Assembly: GCA_963845185.1 (NCBI GenBank)
Contig: CAWJRG010000010.1
Coordinates: 448,001-512,000 of the forward strand
Source of the DNA: an uncultured bacterium
Lineage (GTDB): Bacteria; Oederibacteriota; PGYV01; CAWJRG01
Direction: 5' to 3'
Length of the DNA: 64,000 bases
The notes beneath the pieces are model-generated. The model did no database searches. It saw nothing but the letters and a program-made list of their open reading frames with translations, and was not told the origin of the DNA. The position numbers and the translations under genes were made by a program. Below, piece by piece: positions 1 to 9,023 of the stretch (position 1 is the first letter of the stretch; each line of letters begins with the position of its first letter).

Positions 1-3000
1 CGGTGTATTGGTTGGCGTTATGGACATAGTGTTTGTCGGTGTCTCTGTTTGAGTTATTGTTTGTGTTATTGAAGGCGTTGCCGACAAAGTGGGCGTCGGG
101 CTGAGGCACGCGCCGAATTCTTCCATCCTGTAATTGCCCCCGTCTGAAGCATAAATGTCTCCGCTGCTGTCCACTGCTACTCCGTTAACACCTTCAAACT
201 GCCCACTGTTTGTTCCAGTACTGCCCCACTGCGTTATATACGCGCCCGTGCTGCTGAATTCCTCGATCCTGTTATTCCCGTCGTCTGCAACATATACGTT
301 TCCGCTGCTGTCCACTGCCACTTCCACAGGATAGTTAAGCTGCCCGTCGCCGCTTCCGGGATTTAAATATGAACTTCCAAACTGGGTAATATATGCTCCT
401 GTGCTGCTGAATACCTCAATTCTGTTATTATTCAGGTCTGCGACATACACATCCCCGCCGCTGCCCACTGCTATTCCGTAAGGATAATTAAACTGCCCGT
501 TCCCGGATCCAAGGCTTCCCCACTGTGTTATATATGTTCCCGTGCTGGTAAATTCTTCAATCCTGTTGTTGCTGGAATCTGCTACATACACGTTTCCGCT
601 GCCTGATATCGCTACTCCATGGGGTTGGTTTAACCCTCCGCCCCATTGTGTTATATATGTTCCTGTGCTGCTGAACTCTTCGATTCTGCCATTGGTCCAG
701 TCTGCAACAAATACATTTCCGCTGCTGTCTATTGCCATTCCGGTGGGGCCTCCAAACTGGCCGTTGCCGCTCCCGCCGCTGCCAAATTGCGTTATATACG
801 CGCCTGTGCTGCTGAACACTTCAATCCTGTTATTAATTCCATCCGCAACATACACGTCCCCGCTGCCTGATACTGCCACTTCCCATGGGACTCCAAACTG
901 CCCGTTGCCGTTTCCATAACTGCCCCATGCCCTGATAAAACAAGGCGCCCCGGGCGCTGTCGTGCTTGTCGGCGTCGGGGTTATATTGCACGGTCCGAAT
1001 TCTTCAATCCTGTTGTTTGAATAATCGGAAATATAAATATCCCCACTGCTGTTTACTGCCACTCCATAAGGATTGCGGAACTGCCAGTTGCCGTTTCCGG
1101 GACTGCCCCATTGCGTTATGTATGTGCCTGTGCTGCTGAATTCTTCGACCCTGTCAAGAGTGGAATTATTTTCCGCTACATACACGTTTCCGCTGCTGTC
1201 TATTGCTATCCCTACAGGGTTAAGAAACTGTGCGGGGTCGCTTCCATAACCGCCAAACTGTGTTATATACGCGCCCGAACTGCTGAATTCTTCGACCCTG
1301 TCATTGCTTGAATCTACTACATATACGTTTCCGCTGCTGTCTGTTGCTATCCCGGTAGGTTCAATAATCTGCCCGTTGCCGCTTCCATAACTGCCGAATT
1401 GGGTTATGTACACGCCAGTGCTGGTGAATTTTTCGATCCTGTCATTACCGCCGTCCGTAACATACACGTTTCCGCTGCTGTCTGTTGCTATTCCGTTGGG
1501 ACGGACAAACTGCCCGTCGCCTGCTCCATGACCGCCCCATTGTGTGATATATGCGCCTGTACTGCTGAATTCCTCTATCCTGAGATTACCATAATCTATG
1601 ACATATACGTTCCCGCCTGCGCCGACTGCCACTCCAACAGGGTTGATAAACTGCCCATAGCCGGATCCGGAAATTCCCCACTGGGTAATATACGCTCCTG
1701 TGCTGCTGAATTCCTCTATCCTGTTATTACCAGAATCCGCGACATACACGTCCCCGTTGCTGTCTGTTGCTATTCCTTTAGGGCCATAAAACTGTCCGTT
1801 GCCGCTCCCGCCGCTGCCCACTGCAGTAATAAAACATGGCGTCGGCCCTGATACTAAAGTGGCAGTATTGGTCGGCATCAAAGTAAATGTGCCTGTCGGA
1901 GACACTACAGGCGTGTCTGTCAAAGACGCAGTCGGTGTAAACGTGTCCGGCGGGGTAGGCGTTATGGAAGGAGTATCTGTCACAGATACTACAGGAGTAT
2001 TTGTCATTGTCGAGCCGGGCGGCACTGGCGTATCTGTCTGGGTTGTTGTCGGTACGCACAAGCACATTATATTAGTCCATGGGGATAATATCGGGCATAT
2101 TATGGAACTGTCAGGCGATGATTCTGTTTGAAATATGATACTATACGAAAACAGGTGCCACCCGCCCCAGGACCCGGCGCCCAGCAGTTTGCTGGGGCAG
2201 TTGCGCCCGGACCTCCAGCGCTTGTGTCGCCGTAAGTCACTGTTATCTGCCCTGTATTGGCAGCCAGGCCCGCAACCTCAACTGTTATATTGCCTCCGCT
2301 TACGCTTGAGCTGACCAGAGTCCCGCTGTTTACTGTTACTGTAAAATATCCCGGGTCAGTAGTTGTTGCGCTCGGCGTGTTCCATCCTGTCCCGGACATT
2401 GTTATTATTAAAGTCCCGTATCCGGGCAAGCTCGCCATGTGTCAGGCCCTGCTGTATAAGTAAAAACAATCGTATTGCCAGTGCTTCCCGCACAAAATGA
2501 TGCCGGGTTTACAGCTATGCTCCCCTCGCCGATACATTGCGTTTGTGTCACAGTTGGAGTGGACGTATTCTGCGGAGTCTCTGTTCCGGTAAATGTCTGT
2601 GTTACAGGCAGCGTGTTTGTCGGAGATACTATGGGTGTGTTTGTCAACGACGCAGTCTGCGTCGGCGTATCCTGCGGAGTCGGTGTTTCGGTAAATGTCG
2701 GCGTCATAGAAGGCGTGCTTGTTGCCGATACAACAGGCGTTATTGTCGGGCTTGGGCATGTGCCGAATTCCTGTATCCTGTAATTTAAAGTGTCTGCAAC
2801 ATACACATCCCCATTGCTGTCTATAGCTATTCCGTCAGGATCATTAAACTGCCCGTTGCCGCTTCCTTCACTTCCCCATTGTGTAATGTATGCGCCTGTG
2901 CTGCTGAATTCCTGTACCCTGTAATTGCCGTCCACGATATAAACATCCCCGCTGCTGTCTATTGTCACTCCGACAGGATGATTAAACTGCCCGTTGCCGT

Positions 3001-3692
3001 ATCCCTGGGTGCCCCATTGTGTTATATAATTGCCTGAACTGTCGAATTCTTCGATTCTGTTATTATATTGGTCCAGGACATACACGTCCCCGTTGCTGTC
3101 TGCTGCTATTCCCGTGGTTATATTAAACTGCCCATTTCCCGTTTCCAATGCCGCCCCATTGTGTAATGTATGCGCCTGTACTGCTGAATTCCTGGACCCT
3201 GTTATTATTCGAGTCAGTTACATATATATACCCGCTGCTGTCTATTGCTATCCCATAAGGGGACCAAAACTGCCCGTTGGCCTGACCTCCGCTTCCCCAT
3301 TGTGTTATGTAATTGCCCGAGCTGTCGAATTCTTCGATTCTGTTATTATCCAGGTCTGCAACATACACATTCCCGCTGCTGTCTATTGCCAGTCCTTCAG
3401 GGTCCATAAACTGCCCGTTGCCGGTTCCATAACTGCCCCATTGTGTAATATATGTCCCTGTGCTGCTGAATTCTTCTATTCTACTGTTTACTGAGTTGTC
3501 TGCAACATACACATCCCCGCTGCTGTTTATTGCTATCCCATTCGGGGAATCAAACTGCCCGTTACCGCTTCCGTAAGTTCCCCAGCTGAGAATATAACAG
3601 GGCGGGGCAGTGCCTGCGAATAAATTATTTGCCGCGAAAATAAATGACAATAACAAAATTGTGGTTATTATTTTTGCCTTACTTTTGCCCAC
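1..3692 (-). pseudogene. Secreted multi-NHL beta-propeller protein with Thr/Pro stalks, split by 3 frameshifts (pseudogene or sequencing errors); 3' end runs off the window
   Basis: ORF pieces 3692-3123, 3148-2408 and 2438-2100, plus a frame that reads open from about 2170 to 1, join into: signal peptide (MGKSKAKIITTILLLSFIFAANNLFA), NHL propeller (WGxxGxGNGQFxxPxGIAIDSSGNVYVADxxNNRIQEF repeats), T-rich linker, beta-rich domain, linker, two more propellers. Indels lie at about 3135-3140, 2435 and 2165-2182. RBS AAGGAG precedes GTG 3692. Confidence 0.8.
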
Positions 3693-3778
3693 CTATAATG
3701 CTCCTTTTAAAAAATATGCATCTTTTCCGCTCCAGTTGACATAAATGCATTAAAACGCCCTTAATTACAGGTTGAATT

Positions 3779-3798
3779 ATTAGACAAATTATACACCA
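3779..3798 (-). promoter_or_regulatory. Conserved -10-containing promoter motif TGGTGTATAATTTGTCTAAT upstream of NHL gene 1
   Basis: An identical 20-mer occurs at 8694-8713 upstream of the next NHL gene; it contains TATAAT on the minus strand. Confidence 0.6.
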
Positions 3799-3880
3799 AT
3801 AAGTTCCTTGTTTATTTAAAAAAATTCAATGGTTTAAGGCTTTTTATTGTTTCGGCTTATAAAACCCCCTGCTTTTAAAA

Positions 3881-4471
3881 TCAGCTAAACTTATTATTAA
3901 TAATCCGTTCCACGTCCTTGAGCCAGTTTTTCCTTTGCTGCGGCGTGCTTGTTACCATGATGCCGTAGGTTTTCCTGTAAAAATCCTTTATTCCGGCCAG
4001 GCCGAACACGCAGTTTTTCCATATTGTCTCCAGCGGGTCCCTGAATGTTTTCTTTTCCCTTAGCGGCTTTGTATTTGAAGTATTAAAAACAATCGCGGTT
4101 TTTGCCTTTAACAGCCCTACAGGCACGCCCTCGCCCTTGTCGCCTTCCAGGAATTTATATGCTGTGCCAACCCTTATCACCCTGTCTATCCAGCCTTTCA
4201 TTATTGCCGGCGGCATGCCCCACCAGTTCGGGTGCACTATAATAATGCCGTTTGCTTCCCAGATTTCTTTGCAGTGCTTTTTTACGATTGCAGGCAGCAT
4301 CGCTCCTCTTTTATCTTCCCCCTCCGGCAAGACAGGCGGAAATTTTTCCTCGTAAAGGTCGTGGAAAATTATTTCACAGCCTTTTTTCTCAAGCGCCTTT
4401 GCCGCTGTTTCTGCTATTGCCCTGCAGAAACTTTTTTTGTTTGGATTTGCCAGTATTATCAATATTTTCAT
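3881..4471 (-). CDS. Flavodoxin-fold NAD(P)H dehydrogenase (quinone), Flavodoxin_2/MdaB-like
   Basis: MKILIILANPNKKSF, HDLYEEKF, HPNWWGMPPAIMKGWIDRV motifs. Confidence 0.88.
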   Translation of the reverse strand: MKILIILANPNKKSFCRAIAETAAKALEKKGCEIIFHDLYEEKFPPVLPEGEDKRGAMLPAIVKKHCKEIWEANGIIIVHPNWWGMPPAIMKGWIDRVIRVGTAYKFLEGDKGEGVPVGLLKAKTAIVFNTSNTKPLREKKTFRDPLETIWKNCVFGLAGIKDFYRKTYGIMVTSTPQQRKNWLKDVERIINNKFS

Positions 4472-4481
4472 TGCGTCTCCT

Positions 4482-4712
4482 TTATCGCTTATTAAACCAT
4501 TCTTTAATCTGTTTTGTTTTATCCCCCTGTATTTCTATTGTGCCGTTCTTTACAGTTCCGCCTGTTCCAAGGATTGTTTTTAAATCCTTTGCAATCGCGT
4601 TTAACCTGTATTCGCCGTAAGTGTGCAGGCCCGATATGATCGTCACCTGCTTCGCGCCCCTTTTTTCAAAGTATATTTTTGGCTTTGGCGGCTGCGGATT
4701 GGATTTTTTCAT
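4482..4712 (-). CDS. yciH: Translation initiation factor SUI1/YciH (eIF1 family), short form
   Basis: EKRGAKQVTIISGL, AKDLKTILGTGGTVKNGTIEIQGD signature. Confidence 0.85.
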   Translation of the reverse strand: MKKSNPQPPKPKIYFEKRGAKQVTIISGLHTYGEYRLNAIAKDLKTILGTGGTVKNGTIEIQGDKTKQIKEWFNKR

Positions 4713-4764
4713 TGTAACGAACCGATAAATGTGGCTATAGTCGTAAACCGCATCAGTGTTTTCA

Positions 4765-7700
4765 TTACAATACCACCAGCACGCCTGTCCAGTGTTTTTT
4801 TGCTTTTCCCTGGTTTGCCTGTTTTACTGCAGTCACATCCACAAAATAAATCCCGTTATCAATTTTTCTGCTGTTTTCCAGTATTATTTCCAGCTTTGTG
4901 CCCGGTGTCACACCGGCAAATACATTGTTATAAACCTTTCTCATGCTTACGGTAAATATTTTCACCCTTAAGTCTATTACGCCGCACATATCAAAAAGCA
5001 GGTTCACTGTCCTCCCGTTGCACGGATTTGGATATAACATGGCGCTCAGGTTCATGTCGCACACAGGCGTCTGTGTGTATGCCGGTGTCGTGGTGCATGT
5101 GGCAGTAAACGTCGCGGGGTATAATGTCTGCGTGGGCGAAGCTGTTGCAGTGAATGTCTGCGTATATGTCCTGGTCGCTGTGTATGTGATTGTGACCGTC
5201 GCTGTCTGGTTGCATGTGAAATAAGCAGGCTGGGGCAATTGATTGCAGGATTTCATTTTTACCGCTGTATAAACGCCGAAAATAGTATCAGCCAGGTACA
5301 CATTGCCGTTCTGGTCCACGTCTATGCCGTTGCCCGTGGCAAAGCCCGGAACGCAGCCCAGCAGTTGCGAGCTGAAAGAATTGTTGTAAACAACATACCC
5401 TCCTGTCGAGCCTGACAGGACATATATATTTCCAGCCATGTCCATTGCCATGGCAGTTGGCCACCCGGACATGGTTGAAACAACAATAGGCTGGTTTGAA
5501 TAAACATAGCTGTTCAGTCCACCTGTTTCAATATATTTTACAACTCTCGAATTGGTCGTGTCGTTCAAATAAAGGCTGGTCCCTGTCTTTACGCCTCCAG
5601 TCAATGGCCCCAGGGTAAGGCCTGTGCTTTGAATCAGGGCGCGCTGTGTTCCTGTCGGGTCCAGCTCGTAAACCAGTCCCTGGTCATTTGTCACATATGC
5701 GTTCCCGTAACTATCCACGTTTACGCTTCTTAATCCCGAGTTCGGCAGGGCTGCAAAAAGCGTTGTATTGCCTGACGCATCAACTTTTATTATGTCGAAT
5801 GTATTTCTGTTCACCACATATATGCCGTCAAAATTGCACCTGCCCCGGGCTATGCCATATCCGCCCGGCATGCTTACGCTTCCGCCCGTCCCAAAAGATG
5901 TGATTGTTATTCCGTTGTAATCAAAGGCCCACAGTGTGGAGTTGTTAGTCGGCGCATTGTCCATCACGTATACCCTCTTACGCTCCATATCCACAGCAAG
6001 CCCTCCTGCCGGTCCTGTAAGTGTAGGGTCGGTCCATGTATTGTCAAACGCGCAGCAGCCCGGAGTCGGTGTGGGTATGGGCGTGGCAACAGGCTGCCAG
6101 TACACCAGCACCCTTCCCCTGTTCAGGTCTCCTATATACAAATTGTTCTGGCTGTCAAACGTAGAGCAAAAATATGCCGAGCCAAAATCTTTTATGTACG
6201 CCGAGGCCTCGCCGTCCACCAGCGGGCTTGCCGCAGGGTTAATGAATATCTTCGGGAATTGAGAGCCTATATACATTGTGCCGAGCACCATGGTGCTGTT
6301 GTCAGTGGTAAATGCAGGCTCAAAAGGCCCGCATGCGTTCAGTTCAGGCGCCGGAGGCACGTCGCACAAACCGTATCCTGTATTAAAATCCCCGTTCCTC
6401 GCGAAAACAGCAGAGGCAGGTATGTGGAAAAGCGGCGTTGTTGCCGAGTTGTTCTGTATCGTGGCAAAATCATACCTGAGCAGCCGCCAGTTTCCGTATG
6501 ACTCCAGCGTAAAATCAGACACATACAAATTGCCGTTTTTGTCGAGCTCTACGTTGCCCGGCCCGTAAAGCGAAGCCGCGGAAGCGTTTTGCATTGACCC
6601 GTAATGTGTCGCGTCAATATAATTTATGGCGTTCGAAACCGCATCAGGCTGGCCGAGTATGATATCCACCTGCGGATTTGTAAGCGGATTGCGCACGCGG
6701 AAAACCCTGTTGTTCATGGTATCTGATATCCAAACATAATTCCGGCCGGTAGAATCAATATCCGGCGCCACGCTGAATACCGAATTTGCCCATGACACCT
6801 TTACAGACGGCTGCCCGAGCAGCGGTATTGAATTAGCAAGCAGCTCAGCAGGCGCCGCAAATGGAGTAAGAGGCAGGTTATAAATTTCCACCGATGATGT
6901 TCCGCCGCCGTTCCTGGCTGCCCACAAATGCTGTTGGGGCGAGGCATAATCCTCCCTGATGCGGCTAAAAGACACGGGATAACCGTAATATGAATAAGGT
7001 TCAGCCGCGAAATTTACGTTTGTGCTGTCTATGCCGGCAAACCCGTCTGCAGGCTTGTTATTATATAGGCCCGATGAAGCGGGACCAAGCCCGGGCATAT
7101 TCCAGTACATTAACCTGTATAGATCAGCCAGTATCAGCTGTCCCGCGGCCACAGCCAGACCTACTGGAACGCATATTCCCTTGTTTGTTATATTATTCAT
7201 CATACCGTGCTGGCGCGCCTTTAAAATATCTACATCAGCTGAATGCCCGGGCCCGGTGGCTCCAGGTACGAGCACAGGCGCTAGCGTGGGTATGGGAGCA
7301 GGGAACCTCAGCGCAGTGTTTACGCCGTTTCCAAAACCCACATACACATTACCGGCCTGGTCCACGCCAACCCCGCCGACAGGCCTTGTGGTTATATATG
7401 ACTGCGCTATTTGCCCGTCTGTGTATGTAAAATCCGGGCGTCGCCGGAAATTGCCGAGAACGGTGTCGCTACTCCCACAGGCTGGTATTGAAGCAATACC
7501 TCTTTAGGCGCAGCGGAAAATACCCCTCCCGGAAAAGAAACATTGAACAAAATCACCTGGTTGGTGCACATGTCTGTTACCCATACGTTTCCGGAAATAT
7601 CCAGCCCCATGCCTGTAGGGCATTGGAAATAATTGGTTATCATTCCGCTGGCGCTCATGCCGTTCGTGTATGCGGGATTGCCGTTTGTATCGGTGCCTGA

Positions 7701-8639
7701 AGGCTGGAAGACCAGTACCCTTTCCAAGCCTGCGTCAAGGACAAAAACATTTCCTGCATTATCCACGCAGACCGAGTCAGGCTGGTTCATCTGGTTAAGT
7801 ACTGTATTGTCCGAGGTTGAAACATTGTGTGTAAAATCAATTTGCCCGAGTACAACATCGGCAGTTGAAATCGGCACGCCCTGATTCGGCGCGTTCGGGT
7901 TCGGGAACCTGAGGACCCTGTTGTTTCCCGAGTCACACACCCATAGGTTGCCAACTGAGTCAATGGCAACTCCTCCCCTGCCGGTAAGGTAAAAACATAA
8001 TCCTGCCGCTGATACAGCGCACTGGTGGTAGCCTGAAACCATGTCAGCCTGCCCCCACTCATAGGACGCGGCAATGCCCTGCGACCCGGCTGCCGGTGTA
8101 TTGTAGCGCAGCACGCGGTTGTTAAAAACATCAGGCACATACAGGTTTCCCTGCTGGTCAACAGCCATAGTGACCTGGCACCCGCTTTCCCACGGAGACC
8201 CGCTTTCCAAAGGAGTGCCGCACAAAGAGCTTGCCGAAGGCTGGGGGTAAACAGGATAGTTCCCGAAATTCGAGTCGCCGTTGCACGCGCAGTGCGTGAA
8301 ATCCGGCTGGCCGAACACCATGTCCGCGTTAAAGCCTGTGCCTGTTATGCCCTGGTTTGGGGTAAAAATTGAAATATTGCTGTAGCCAAGTATCCTGCTG
8401 TTGTTCCCGTCAAAAATATAAAGTCGCTGCGGGTTTGAATAGCGGTCAACCACAACCCCTGACAGATTAAAACCCCTGCCGTTTACTACTGTGTTCGGCG
8501 CTGCGCCGGTAAAATCATCCTGTCCCAGCACCACATCAGCCCACAAGTCTCCTGAAACTCCCCTGACCGGCGCGGATAAAATATATGAGGAAGGCAATAA
8601 TAAGCAGAAACTCACGAACAGTATTTTTCTTTTATTCAC
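4765..8639 (-). pseudogene. Secreted NHL-repeat (ADVVLGQxDFT-type) beta-propeller protein with Thr-X stalk and C-terminal YPNP sorting domain; one frameshift near 7436
   Basis: ORF 8639-7407 (signal peptide, ADVVLGQDDFT, DVFNNRVLRY) and ORF 7365-4765 become one frame if a C is added to GCCCG (GAC GCC CCG GAT TTT ACA TAC). The C-terminus reads YPNPCNG...KIFTVSMRKV...NGIYFVDV. Confidence 0.75.
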
Positions 8640-8693
8640 ATATCACTCCTCTGATGTGTCGTAAAATATACCCTAATAATTAAATCATGAGCA

Positions 8694-8713
8694 ATTAGAC
8701 AAATTATACACCA
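8694..8713 (-). promoter_or_regulatory. Second copy of the conserved promoter motif, upstream of NHL gene 2
   Basis: ATTAGACAAATTATACACCA, identical to 3779-3798; the flanking AT tract is also similar. Confidence 0.6.
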
Positions 8714-8876
8714 GAAAGTTTCATTTTATTATTAAAAAATAACTTTAAAAGGAGGATTAAAATCAATAAAAAGTGGATTGCCTGCGTTTTAATCCCTGCA
8801 GGTATATGTTATAAATTGTTAATTGAAAATAACAAAGAAAGTTATTTAGTTCAAACTAATCAGGAGGAGGCAAAGC

Positions 8877-8963
8877 ATGGCAACTAAAAAAGCGGCAAAG
8901 AAAAAGAAAGCAAAAGTTTGTTCCGTATGTGGGAAACCAATGAAAAAGTGCAGCTGCAGGTAA
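8877..8963 (+). CDS. 28-aa basic zinc-knuckle microprotein MATKKAAKKKKAKVCSVCGKPMKKCSCR (not in the ORF track)
   Basis: Strong RBS AGGAGGAGG just before ATG 8877, TAA at 8961-8963, CxxCGxPxxxCxC motif, and an intrinsic terminator immediately downstream. Confidence 0.8.
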   Translation: MATKKAAKKKKAKVCSVCGKPMKKCSCR

Positions 8964-8979
8964 GCAGTCTAAGGATATC

Positions 8980-9020
8980 AGGGTCCAAATCAAAATTTTG
9001 GTTTGGGCCCTTTTGTTTTT
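8980..9020 (+). terminator. Intrinsic terminator between the convergent microprotein gene and NHL gene 3
   Basis: AGGGTCCAAATCAAAA/TTTTGGTTTGGGCCCT stem followed by TTTGTTTTTT. Confidence 0.75.
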
Positions 9021-9023
9021 TAG

